A stretch of DNA of 64,000 nt from positions 1 through 64,000 of IMG/VR virus record IMGVR_UViG_3300014204_005796; one strand, written 5' to 3'. Both the position numbers and the translations under genes were made by a program. The notes under the pieces were generated by a model that saw nothing but the letters and a program-made list of their open reading frames with translations, was not told the DNA's origin and ran no database searches. The stretch is from a virus (Duplodnaviria > Caudoviricetes). Shown piece after piece: positions 46,279 to 55,649 of this stretch. Within the stretch, counting starts at the first letter, position 1. The number at the start of each line of letters is the position of its first letter.

Positions 46279-49200
46279 ATGAACCTTAATCCATTCAATT
46301 TGTTTAAAAAGAAGTCAGTTGACGCGCCGGCGCTTACTCCGGAAGAAATAAGAGCTGGCATTACACAGCAACTGCAGCGCCTAATGGCAGATCCTAATTT
46401 GCTGGAACGCCTTGATGTTAATACTTCCATGCCCCCGGAAGTCCAGTCAGAACATCTGGTAAACGCTGAGTGGATAAATACATACCTAAATACTGAAGGT
46501 ATGGCCATAGTAAGTGAATTACAAAAAAACTTTGAGACCTTGGACCCATCAAGGGCTCAAACAAGTTTATCCAAATTTTTAGACCCATCAAACCAGGTTA
46601 TTATAGATGCCATACACAAGATATACCCAACATATAAGAACTTTGTTATTGAAATGGCACAACGCCGGGACAAGGCCCCAAAAGCCGCACCAGAAGCAGA
46701 AGTAGGACGCATATTTGAGCCCCTTATAAAAGCAACTTTTGAGCGCATTGTCGAAGCTGCCAGTGATTACTTACGTGATACTGAAAAGAGCAAAATGTTT
46801 GAAGGGCTTAACGACTTAGAAATTAAAGGTATCATAGAGTCATTTAAGTTTTCCATTGAATCAGATAAGTCTACAGTGCTTCCGGAAGCGTTAAGAAGTT
46901 TTTTAAAAAGCAATCCAGGGCTGCCAAAGGATAATGAAACTTTGTCTCGCGCGGCCGGTCCAGTCATATTTATGGGCACTTATGAAACGAAGCTTATTGA
47001 TACGGCTATTAGCTTAGTTGATAGTCAGGGCAAAGATATGAATACGCTCAAGGAAGAGTTTAAAACTAAGCTTGGTACGCTAAAGGATGAGCTCCAGAAG
47101 AAAGCTGGCGTGGATGAAGATAACATTTACTATATAAAAGATGGCGCAAATGTACTATTCACACCTATAGGAAAACAGACGTTCCTTAAGTCATGGGCCA
47201 GTCAGTCCGACGGGTCACCACAGGCGGTGCTTAACTTATTTGTTGGTGCTGTAGCAAAAGCAAGCCCGGAGTCCGAACAGGCACATGATAACCAGATGGA
47301 CGAAGCCAACTTCCGAGGATTACTCGGTGATATGGTTACGCTGTCAAAAGCACAGAAAGAAGGGCATCAAGCTTCCTTTGGGACGGCTGCAGAGCCCTTA
47401 CTCACATTTCTTATTAACGTCGCTATAGGCGCGCACCCGGACGTCCAAACATTTGATGTAACACGGCCTGGCGCGTCAGGGCGTGACACGTCTATCCAGC
47501 TCGCTATAGACCATATGACTGCGCGTGGTCTATTTCCTGTAATTAAACCGGATTTAAAATCAGAGCGTTGGACCCTGACAATTAATCCGGGTCCGGTTAT
47601 TACAGCCACGAAACTATTTGTTGGGTCACTTAGCACAGACCTTAAGGATTTTTTAATGGTACTTGCAGCGAGACCAAATCCTGACAGCGCTTTTCAGGTA
47701 GCTCTGGGTGGGATTCTTAAAAATATCATAACCTCATTTGATGCATATGCACTTAAGCATCTTGAGACCCTGGACATACAGAGCCTGGCTAATGGCTATA
47801 TGGGTAAGATTGTTGATCAGGTTTCAAAAGCTTTAGACGGTGTTGGAGGAGCTCCTGCAGGATCAGCCCCGGCGCGGGCGCAAGAACCCACAGCGCCTGT
47901 AACTAAAGTTCCACCCCCGCCTCCCGCTACTGCCGTGGCCTACTCACTTAGAAGTATACTAAAGACGGCAAAGGAAGCGGAAGCACAAGGTCTTGTAAGC
48001 GAAATTATGCGTCGTTACCATGGGATACCTGTTAAGGAACCCGTTGAAGCTTATATTACGGAGCGCAACATTCCGCCTTTTGGCGTAACGGTATATGAAA
48101 TAGAAATAGAAGGGGCATATTTAAGGAACTTGCCGCAGGTCCAGCTCCAAGATATGAACAAAGTACTGACAGGTGAAGCTCTTGGCCAGTACCCGGAGAT
48201 AAAAAAGGGAGTTCGTGTGGTACATTCGAGTTTTACTTATGTGTCAGGCAGGCCTGCCTATATAGTTGTCATAGCTGTAGGTGAGCCAACACCCGACGCT
48301 GATGCGTCCCAAGTTAAAGACCCTATAGTACAAAAACTTCTGTCCAGTAAGAATGTAGAAGAGTCATTAGAAGATCCTAATAAGGTCAGGGAGCTTGCCC
48401 AGCAGGTAGCGGCTCAAGGTGGATTACGTCATCTGGATAAAGACGCTCTGCGCTCCAAGCTGGAAGCTTTGGAAAACTCCAGCATGCAGGACGGCGCTGA
48501 CAAAGAAGCTATAGGTAAGCAAATTCAACGGCTGCAAAAACAGATAGCACAGCCGGACTTACAACAGGACCTAGGCATATCTACAGAGGAAATTTATGAC
48601 AAAACTCCTGAGGAGCTGCGCGAAGTTGTTCAAAAATACGTAAGCAACTTTTCAAAAACAAACTCCTATACAGTAGACTACGCAGGACCTCGTACAGTTA
48701 ACAGAACCCCCTTGCAAGACAAAATATCGGCTGATTTAGCAAGTACTATACATGCGCTTAAGGACCGCACAGGTTTGACACGTGGAGAAGCTTCCCTGCC
48801 ACCGGAATTACAGCTGGCCGTGCTTAATACCCTGTCAGGCGTGCAGAAGGAGCTATCTGCTGCAGGTGTTCCCGCTTTGGGAGCACAGGACGCCAACCAG
48901 ACTATGAGTAATCTGACGCAGGCGGCACTCAGCGGTGACATAAAGAGCATGTCCTATGTACATGATCAGTTAAAAACATACCTCTCTCAGCTGGATAACT
49001 TTCTAAAGGAACGCGGAGGAAAGACAGAGTCCCCTCTGATTAAAAAGATTATGGACCAGTATGTCATACCCTTGGCTGAAAAATTCACGGAGCAGCTTGG
49101 TGGACCTAAAGATATCAATAGAACTATGCTTTTAATAGGTAAACTAGAGAATTATTTGGACGACCTTAACGCCGGTACGTACAAAGACCAAGCAGTGGCC

Positions 49201-50082
49201 CCTATTGCGCAGCAGCTTGAACAGATAAAACAAGATTATAACATACGTCCTTCCGCAGATGTTAGTACTATGGATTTGGACCAAACCGCAAAGGAAATAT
49301 TTTACAGCCTTTTCCCAGACTATGAAAGTGGCGACCCCGAGATGGCAGGAGAACTCGAAAGAACTACTCCTGTAGAGGATAAATCACGCGTAATAGAGCA
49401 AAAGATAAATGAAGGTAAACCTAATAAGAAGCGCTTTAACATACAGACTTTGGGTAAGAACTTCGAGAAGCTGCGTCCTTTATTTGAAGCCCGCGCCAAA
49501 GAAGTGCAGTTTGACGTGGCAGATAATGATGAAACCTTGGGGTTGCTGGCTGAACAGCTTCCTGAAGCTGTTAAAAGAGGCAATGCTATTACTATATCTG
49601 AGGGTACTATTGCACCGCCAAAAGAAAAGCTAGATAAAACCGGGCCAAAACCTCTTTCTCCTGAGGACCAAGCTAAACTGCAAGAAATGATGAAGGCACG
49701 TGAAGATCGTGGCGCTAAGGATATGGCAGCTAAAGAAGAAGCCATGAAAGGTAAACAATTGGATCTGAAAACTATATATGACAAAGTTATTGCCGAGGAT
49801 AAGGCTATAACTACAATCCTACAACAAGCTTTTCAGGACATATCAGCAAAGTATACTGACGTGGCCGAGCGTAACCAGGCTGTTAGCACGTACAGAGCTA
49901 TGTCTTCTAAAGTGGAACAGGAGCGTACAGCTATAATGGAGCATGTTGGTGCATCTATAGCGCGTGCACCTGGTACTGAAGACCAGACTGCTGACGCTGC
50001 TCTAAGTAAGGACTTGCAGCAGCTTAGCAGGTTAAAACAGTGGCTTTTAGCACAACTTGGTAAACCATCAGCAATCCTTTAG
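46279..50082 (+). CDS. 1267-aa largely helical protein, candidate ejected internal head protein
   Basis: AGGAGG RBS; Pro-rich hinge followed by AVAYSLRSILKTA; no recognisable catalytic motif. Confidence 0.6.
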   Translation: MNLNPFNLFKKKSVDAPALTPEEIRAGITQQLQRLMADPNLLERLDVNTSMPPEVQSEHLVNAEWINTYLNTEGMAIVSELQKNFETLDPSRAQTSLSKFLDPSNQVIIDAIHKIYPTYKNFVIEMAQRRDKAPKAAPEAEVGRIFEPLIKATFERIVEAASDYLRDTEKSKMFEGLNDLEIKGIIESFKFSIESDKSTVLPEALRSFLKSNPGLPKDNETLSRAAGPVIFMGTYETKLIDTAISLVDSQGKDMNTLKEEFKTKLGTLKDELQKKAGVDEDNIYYIKDGANVLFTPIGKQTFLKSWASQSDGSPQAVLNLFVGAVAKASPESEQAHDNQMDEANFRGLLGDMVTLSKAQKEGHQASFGTAAEPLLTFLINVAIGAHPDVQTFDVTRPGASGRDTSIQLAIDHMTARGLFPVIKPDLKSERWTLTINPGPVITATKLFVGSLSTDLKDFLMVLAARPNPDSAFQVALGGILKNIITSFDAYALKHLETLDIQSLANGYMGKIVDQVSKALDGVGGAPAGSAPARAQEPTAPVTKVPPPPPATAVAYSLRSILKTAKEAEAQGLVSEIMRRYHGIPVKEPVEAYITERNIPPFGVTVYEIEIEGAYLRNLPQVQLQDMNKVLTGEALGQYPEIKKGVRVVHSSFTYVSGRPAYIVVIAVGEPTPDADASQVKDPIVQKLLSSKNVEESLEDPNKVRELAQQVAAQGGLRHLDKDALRSKLEALENSSMQDGADKEAIGKQIQRLQKQIAQPDLQQDLGISTEEIYDKTPEELREVVQKYVSNFSKTNSYTVDYAGPRTVNRTPLQDKISADLASTIHALKDRTGLTRGEASLPPELQLAVLNTLSGVQKELSAAGVPALGAQDANQTMSNLTQAALSGDIKSMSYVHDQLKTYLSQLDNFLKERGGKTESPLIKKIMDQYVIPLAEKFTEQLGGPKDINRTMLLIGKLENYLDDLNAGTYKDQAVAPIAQQLEQIKQDYNIRPSADVSTMDLDQTAKEIFYSLFPDYESGDPEMAGELERTTPVEDKSRVIEQKINEGKPNKKRFNIQTLGKNFEKLRPLFEARAKEVQFDVADNDETLGLLAEQLPEAVKRGNAITISEGTIAPPKEKLDKTGPKPLSPEDQAKLQEMMKAREDRGAKDMAAKEEAMKGKQLDLKTIYDKVIAEDKAITTILQQAFQDISAKYTDVAERNQAVSTYRAMSSKVEQERTAIMEHVGASIARAPGTEDQTADAALSKDLQQLSRLKQWLLAQLGKPSAIL

Positions 50083-50652
50083 TAAATTGGCAAGAACATA
50101 ATCCGATAAGGCCAGCAAAAATGCCATATGCGGGTCAATACAGGCCAGCCCTACATGTTTGGCACCATCAAAATGTACGTCATCGCTGTTCCACTCCTTG
50201 GCCCCATCCATGATAGAATGCTCTGGTTCAAGGGGCTGTGGTGACGCTATGCTCTTTGCACTCTCAGCTAACCAGGCCTTATCTGTGCCTTCATACTTCT
50301 TTATCTGCCGTGAGTGCTGGTAGACTCTTTCCAGATCCGAAAGGTGGTTTAAGCAGTTACGCCAAAAGAACGTGTTAAACGAGGTTTTTTCTGGGTCGTA
50401 TTTAACCACGCTATGCGCTAGTTTTACACTTAACTCTTGTACAATGTCTTCAACAGAGAATTCCGGTATATATACCTTGTAAGGTCCAAATGTTCGAGTG
50501 GCTAAGGTTTCTATTTTTTTGCGGTAGAACTTATGCAGCCTTTCATATTCAGATTGGTTTATAATATTCATTTTGTTCTGATTTATGTCAAACTCAAATA
50601 CTTCGTTTTGCACAGTAATTCGCTTATGTACCTTTAAGGGTTTATCCTGCAT
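50068..50652 (-). CDS. Sigma-factor-like protein (sigma70 region 2)
   Basis: EDIVQEL...L...V.KYDPEK.SFNTF....C.NHL.DL.R matches region 2.2-2.4; no clear region 4. Confidence 0.7.
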   Translation of the reverse strand: MQDKPLKVHKRITVQNEVFEFDINQNKMNIINQSEYERLHKFYRKKIETLATRTFGPYKVYIPEFSVEDIVQELSVKLAHSVVKYDPEKTSFNTFFWRNCLNHLSDLERVYQHSRQIKKYEGTDKAWLAESAKSIASPQPLEPEHSIMDGAKEWNSDDVHFDGAKHVGLACIDPHMAFLLALSDYVLANLLKDC

Positions 50653-50711
50653 ATAGTACTCCAGTTAAGATTTGCCGTAATGAAAGTCCCAGGACTCTCA
50701 TAGTGTGCCTG

Positions 50712-51233
50712 CTAGTCCTCCTTTATGCGCGTAAATAAGAAAAATTCGTTCGCGCCAAGTTTTTGAAAAAATTTGGTAAACTCATAAAAGTCGGTACTAA
50801 AGAATACTTTAGTACTATCATACACGCGGGAACGCATCTGTGCAATCGATACGTCGGCGTCCCAGCGCAGTTTGTCTAAGCACCGCAAAGACGGAAAGAC
50901 TACACAATGTATATCTGCTTCATTATGTTCAGGTATCAAGTCGTACTTCTGTAGTAGCGCCACGTATTGTTCCAGTACAAATTTAATCGTGGACATACCG
51001 ACGCCCACGTCCCACTCAAAGTGTATGCCAATAGTATGATCTGTGTGGTATTTGTACATAAGGTAATTTCCAGTCTGTACCAAGGTAATTCGCAAAGGTG
51101 TACCTCGTGTTGACGCGTAGAGTTCCATAAACATACGGAAGTATTGCTCCATACATGGGCCATTTGAGGCCATAAGTATGTTCCCGTCAGCGTCATTTAG
51201 TGTAGTAGTGTCATGTATTGTTTTAGAGCTCAT
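50712..51233 (-). CDS. Hypothetical protein, member of dispersed paralog family
   Basis: GGAG RBS supports ATG 51233; GIHFEW....MSTIKFVLEQY. Confidence 0.65.
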   Translation of the reverse strand: MSSKTIHDTTTLNDADGNILMASNGPCMEQYFRMFMELYASTRGTPLRITLVQTGNYLMYKYHTDHTIGIHFEWDVGVGMSTIKFVLEQYVALLQKYDLIPEHNEADIHCVVFPSLRCLDKLRWDADVSIAQMRSRVYDSTKVFFSTDFYEFTKFFQKLGANEFFLFTRIKED

Positions 51234-51612
51234 CTTTCTCTCCGTCGCCAAATTTGGCTTTAAGCTTGCGGTATAAGGCGCGTTGTCGGTCTTCATCTGC
51301 AGCTTCATCCCATAGCTTCTCCCGCTCCTTTAACCATATTACAAACTCCTCATGCTTGCGCTGCTCCTCAAAGTACTTAAGGACTGCAGGTTCATTCATC
51401 ATATCTTCTCCACGAGTTTCAAAGTTAGTGGGAATGAGCCTCACGTTTTTATACGTAGGTTGCTCTTGGGATAACTTACACTTGTGTATATCCCACAGCA
51501 TACGCAACATCGCATGCATAGCCTCTTCATGGGTGTTATATTCATCGCAGCGGTTTTCACACCAACGGTAATCATCTTCATCCCAAAAATCATGTACTAA
51601 AATGAACCGCAT
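51223..51612 (-). CDS. Hypothetical protein (paralog of 51612..51989)
   Basis: TGATG overlap; shared YKN..(L/I).PTNF and ER.....LKAK motifs. Confidence 0.75.
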   Translation of the reverse strand: MRFILVHDFWDEDDYRWCENRCDEYNTHEEAMHAMLRMLWDIHKCKLSQEQPTYKNVRLIPTNFETRGEDMMNEPAVLKYFEEQRKHEEFVIWLKEREKLWDEAADEDRQRALYRKLKAKFGDGEKDEL

Positions 51613-51989
51613 CAGATATCAACCTGGTACTTGGCTTTAAGTTCTTTAAGTTGCGTACGTTCCCGATCCTCTTTTTCCGCCTCTTCCTGCAATTTCAAGA
51701 GCTTGGTCCGTTCTGCTTCCTTGTCGTACTTAATCTTGCGTTCTATGCAGTATTGTGCATACTGCGGGCACTTGACGAGCTCGGTGACGTCCAGGGAAAA
51801 ATTAGTAGGAGTGATAAGTAGATTTTTGTAGCAGCTGTCATCTCCTTTGGTGGATATTTCATGTAAAATATACAAGGTGTCGACCAATTTTGTATCCAAT
51901 AAAGCCTCCTCAAAAGAATTAAAGGTTTCGGCATGAGAACACCAGTCATCCTCAGAATCAAGATATTCCCACGTAACTAAGAATTTCAT
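51612..51989 (-). CDS. Hypothetical protein (paralog of 51223..51612)
   Basis: Directly downstream of rtcB; shared motifs. Confidence 0.75.
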   Translation of the reverse strand: MKFLVTWEYLDSEDDWCSHAETFNSFEEALLDTKLVDTLYILHEISTKGDDSCYKNLLITPTNFSLDVTELVKCPQYAQYCIERKIKYDKEAERTKLLKLQEEAEKEDRERTQLKELKAKYQVDI

Positions 51990-51992
51990 AGG

Positions 51993-53228
51993 TCACCCCT
52001 TTATGACCGCCACGGTCTTGAGTTTAGTCACAGGTTCAACAAGCTCTTCCTGATCCTTCATGACTACGTCGATGTCTTTATATGCACCTTTACATTCCTC
52101 AGCCACGTCTTCCATCTTACTTTTACCAATGGTTACATTGAGCGTCTTAAGTTCCTCAATCACAGACTGCACGGTGAAGGACTGTTTCGCCTTGGTCCTG
52201 GACATAGCCCGGCCAGCCCCGTGGGAGCATGACATAAAGCTTTCCGGATTTCCTTTGCCGCGTACTATATAGGAGAAGGAACCCATAGCGCCGGGTATGA
52301 TCCCGAGCTCACCTTCGCGCACACGTATGGCCCCTTTACGGTGAACCCACACGTTCTCCCCAAAGTGATTCTCTAACGCAGCATAGTTGTGATGGGCGTT
52401 AATCTCCGTATCAAACTTAACACCCGGAAATTCCCCTCCGACAAGGAGTTTGGCCATCTTCATCATTTCTGCCCTGTTCTGCATGGCAAACTTCTGCGCA
52501 AACATCATCCAGCGTATGTACGCTGCACCTTCAATGGCATCGGTAGGAAGGAACGCCAGCTGTGATCCTTTTGGAACTTCAGAATGCCACCGTGTATTGA
52601 GACGTTCGGCTTCCTTATTATAAAAATCGCATATTACCTTACCCACATTCCTGGAGCCTGAGTGTATCATTATGGCAAGCAGGCCCTGTTCATCTTCCTG
52701 GAGTTCAATGAAATGGTTGCCACCACCCAGAGTACCCAGCTGCTTGTGCGCCTCAGGAAACACCCTGTCCCACAGAGCTGAATCCATGATGCTGTTTGCC
52801 AAAAGAAACGTCTCAAGGCTCTTATACTCTGCGAGTACGTCAGGATCAAACGCGATAGGCATAGCGCGGTGCTGAAAACCAGTAGGTATGTTACGCATGA
52901 GCTGGCCTACAAGCTTCTGCGTCATAGTGCCATTAGGCGTCTCCGCCTTAAGTTCCTTGACTGGAATATCCGTGTGTACATAAACCATTCCGCATCCAAT
53001 ATCTACGCCAACCATATTTGGACTTATGGCACCCTTGAGTGCCGCGACTCCACCCACAGGCATACCATGTCCCATGTGACAGTCCGGCATAAGCGCCACG
53101 TGCTTGAACAGATATGGAAGGTTAGATACGGCCTCGGCCTGCAGTAAGCATGACGGTTCAATAGAGTCCGGGTTGATCCAGGCCTTAATAGGTTTCTTCT
53201 GTACTGTCCCATTAAATATTACATTCAT
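51993..53228 (-). CDS. rtcB: RtcB RNA 2',3'-cyclic phosphate/5'-OH ligase
   Basis: MPDCH.G.G.PVG, VGVDIGCGM, GTLGGGNHFIE, HSGSR, HHNY, HRKGA, PGAMG, SHGAGR, E...AYK. Confidence 0.97.
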   Translation of the reverse strand: MNVIFNGTVQKKPIKAWINPDSIEPSCLLQAEAVSNLPYLFKHVALMPDCHMGHGMPVGGVAALKGAISPNMVGVDIGCGMVYVHTDIPVKELKAETPNGTMTQKLVGQLMRNIPTGFQHRAMPIAFDPDVLAEYKSLETFLLANSIMDSALWDRVFPEAHKQLGTLGGGNHFIELQEDEQGLLAIMIHSGSRNVGKVICDFYNKEAERLNTRWHSEVPKGSQLAFLPTDAIEGAAYIRWMMFAQKFAMQNRAEMMKMAKLLVGGEFPGVKFDTEINAHHNYAALENHFGENVWVHRKGAIRVREGELGIIPGAMGSFSYIVRGKGNPESFMSCSHGAGRAMSRTKAKQSFTVQSVIEELKTLNVTIGKSKMEDVAEECKGAYKDIDVVMKDQEELVEPVTKLKTVAVIKG

Positions 53229-53229
53229 G

Positions 53230-53451
53230 TTAGTTGCCTCCTATTTTAGGTTCATTAAAATGCCGCCAAGTCGCGTACGCCCAGAGCACTATAGCCATAC
53301 CAATCAAGGTAGCGACAGTATAGTGGTAGAGAAGCCATCCCCACGCAAGTGCCAGCGCAAATCCAATTACTATAGTTAGTATGCTAAACAGCATATTTCC
53401 TAGTGCCATAAGCGCCGACCTGCCAAGTCTCTTCCAGAAATTTGGTGTCAT
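53230..53451 (-). CDS. Small membrane protein
   Basis: Two hydrophobic segments; ATGA overlap supports start 53451. Confidence 0.65.
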   Translation of the reverse strand: MTPNFWKRLGRSALMALGNMLFSILTIVIGFALALAWGWLLYHYTVATLIGMAIVLWAYATWRHFNEPKIGGN

Positions 53452-54018
53452 ATAGCCCACCTCGCTTCAAATTTTTTGTACTCTTCAGATAAAGGGTGTT
53501 TTATACTTATGCGTATCTTTGTCATATATCCCAAAATAGAATCTTTGCCAGCGCTCTCTCCGTCCCGGTCCAGCACTTCCTTTATTTGTTTTTTGTATAC
53601 TAATGTGGTTTTGCTCGAGAGTGCTATTAGGGCCATTCCCTATATGGTCTGTTACTTCTACCAAATGCTCTGCTAGAAATACTCGTGTGCATAATGGCAT
53701 GTCCTGTGCGAACATGCCATACACGGCAATGCTTGATGGCGAGCCATAAGCATCTAGGTCCGATATTTCCATGCGCACCTCACCCATACCTTCCATTAAA
53801 AATATTTCTGCATGCTGATTGCACAAACTAAGTGCTGGTAGTTGCATTAATCCGGACATGTGACCCCCATGATGTTCTGGTAATAAGTAAAGAACACCCT
53901 TGTATTTTCATCGTTGAAACTTTCCGCGTCTGGGTTTATAATATGGCAATGTGGGATCTGCCATTAGTACATCCCGCGGATCCTGTACGAATTGGTAGTC
54001 TTCTAGTTTTATATCCAT
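53448..54018 (-). pseudogene. Possibly disrupted gene, or set of small ORFs (54018-53908, 53859-53485, 53636-53448)
   Basis: Strong AGGAGG start at 54018 meets TGA at 53910-53908, yet the same frame continues open to 53485 and overlaps ORF 53448..53636. Confidence 0.35.
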
Positions 54019-54095
54019 AAGTCCTCCTTTGAACTCGCGGAGCCGGTGCTGCCCGGTGAGGTGATTGCTTGCCACCGGCCCCTTGAGTCCCTTCA

Positions 54096-54560
54096 CTATT
54101 TCATTTTCTTTATAGCCTTAATAGCCACGTCTACCTCATCTATGGCCGCCCGATGTTTCATGAGTTCTTTCATATGGGTGGCCCTGACTTCTACGAGGCT
54201 GGCAAGTACATTGCTGTATTGAGGCACCTTGTTAGCAGGTTTAGTCTTTGTAACATGTGCTTTCTTAATTTTGTAATGCACTATTTCTCCTGCAGCGCGT
54301 TTCTGTGCAAGTACTGCCCGTGCATGTGCTGCGGTCATTCTCAGCCGTTCCTGTTTCTTGGCTTTTTCCTGCAGCTGCTTAGAAGTATAGCGCTGCTGGA
54401 CGTATAAGTCATAAGTTTTTTTACAGCCAGTACATAGGCGCGCATTTGTGAAATCAGCGCTTCCGGCCTTCGCCGCGCATTCCGGGCACAATTTACCTGC
54501 ATCTCTTAACTCTAAAACTAATCCCGGTCTCTTTCCTGTCCTTTTCTTCGTTGCTTCCAT
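54096..54560 (-). CDS. Basic Zn-finger protein
   Basis: AGGAGG RBS supports ATG 54560; CPEC...CTGC. Confidence 0.7.
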   Translation of the reverse strand: MEATKKRTGKRPGLVLELRDAGKLCPECAAKAGSADFTNARLCTGCKKTYDLYVQQRYTSKQLQEKAKKQERLRMTAAHARAVLAQKRAAGEIVHYKIKKAHVTKTKPANKVPQYSNVLASLVEVRATHMKELMKHRAAIDEVDVAIKAIKKMK

Positions 54561-54585
54561 GTTCAATCCTCCTTTAGGATCTGGA

Positions 54586-54762
54586 TTAGAGAGCGTCAGC
54601 GCTCTCTTTTGCACACTTTGGACATAACTTAACCCGCACACTCTTATTATATAAGTCAGAATAATACAGGTCGTCCATAGTCTTAACTTTTATGTTCTTT
54701 ACTCCACAGTGCTTACAACGCAATGCTTTCTTTTTTGGGGAGCTCTTCACGCGTGGTGGCAT
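54586..54762 (-). CDS. 58-aa Zn-ribbon protein, absent from ORF track
   Basis: AAGGAG RBS; MPPRVKSSPKKKALRCKHCG...KLCPKCAKESADAL. Confidence 0.65.
   Translation of the reverse strand: MPPRVKSSPKKKALRCKHCGVKNIKVKTMDDLYYSDLYNKSVRVKLCPKCAKESADAL
54588..54610 (+). terminator. Hairpin with T-tract on the + strand (antisense to local genes)
   Basis: AGAGAGCG-tcag-CGCTCTCT-TTT. Confidence 0.4.
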
Positions 54763-54765
54763 TTC

Positions 54766-54942
54766 TCATCTCCTTTCTATTTTTCTGTATTCTGTTACTG
54801 TCTCAGTATAGCCAAGGCGCACCAGGAGTTCACACAGAATTTCGTTTGCGTCACGCTTGACCTTAAAGTCTCCAGGATAGCGCTCATGGCGTTTTGCCAG
54901 ATTTTGCAACTTACTTGCTGTCTCTTTATCCGGGTTGCTCAT
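54766..54942 (-). CDS. 58-aa hypothetical protein, absent from ORF track
   Basis: AAGGAGGT RBS; MSNPDKETASKLQNLAKRHERYPGDFKVKRDANEILCELLVRLGYTETVTEYRKIERR. Confidence 0.7.
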   Translation of the reverse strand: MSNPDKETASKLQNLAKRHERYPGDFKVKRDANEILCELLVRLGYTETVTEYRKIERR

Positions 54943-54954
54943 AAGGCACCTCCT

Positions 54955-55446
54955 TCAGAGAGAATCAGTCGCTGCTTTTGGGACTAGGAACAGTACAAAC
55001 GGTGAAGTCTCTACCTCATACTCGTAATACTTCTTGAGGTTCGTTTTGGCCAGCTCCTGCTTAAGTATGTCTGTGATGGGTTTATATCCGCGGAATGCCC
55101 CGTGGTACTTACCATTGTACCAAACACACCACTCTATTTCTTTGGGCTCGCCCTCTTCTTCTGTGAGCCAGTCATGCTTACCCCAGAGTGTAAGCATGAA
55201 ATTATGAAAGTTTTCAATAGCAAACAGGACCGTCGATGGGGCAGTTTCGTTCTTCCAGTCGATTTTGAACCCATATTGAAAATCTGGCTCTGCTGCGGCG
55301 GCTTGCTCCTCATTCTTAATATTAGTCATACACACTACATCAAAGTCTAGTCCCTGTAAACCTTTTACTACGGCCGGGTGTTTCTGCGCGTAGCGCATAG
55401 CCCGCAAAATCCTGTGTGTTAAATCATCCGTTATTGACCAATTCAT
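54955..55446 (-). CDS. Hypothetical protein, member of dispersed paralog family
   Basis: ATGA overlap; GFKIDWKNETAPSTVLFAIENF. Confidence 0.7.
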   Translation of the reverse strand: MNWSITDDLTHRILRAMRYAQKHPAVVKGLQGLDFDVVCMTNIKNEEQAAAAEPDFQYGFKIDWKNETAPSTVLFAIENFHNFMLTLWGKHDWLTEEEGEPKEIEWCVWYNGKYHGAFRGYKPITDILKQELAKTNLKKYYEYEVETSPFVLFLVPKAATDSL

Positions 55447-55631
55447 AATTTGCCTCCTTTTACCTCTTCAATTTTTACGGTATCTTCCTTAAAGCTAAGT
55501 CCTATATCTTTGGCCTCATCGCTAGACCAGTTATCAGGTGCGTCTGCAAATAGGACGGAGCGTACCTCTTGTATTTTTACCCTATCACCAGCTGTTTCCA
55601 CTTCAAAACTAACCTTATACCTTTTTGTCAT
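55443..55631 (-). CDS. Small hypothetical protein
   Basis: AGGAGGT RBS. Confidence 0.7.
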   Translation of the reverse strand: MTKRYKVSFEVETAGDRVKIQEVRSVLFADAPDNWSSDEAKDIGLSFKEDTVKIEEVKGGKL

Positions 55632-55649
55632 ACCATACCTCCTAAAGTG

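Noticed and set aside
452-49784. Many minus-strand ORFs in the track (e.g. 7430..7960, 15544..16116, 35154..35798, 49320..49784)
   Set aside because: They are antisense shadows of well-supported + strand genes, with no RBS and no recognisable motifs.
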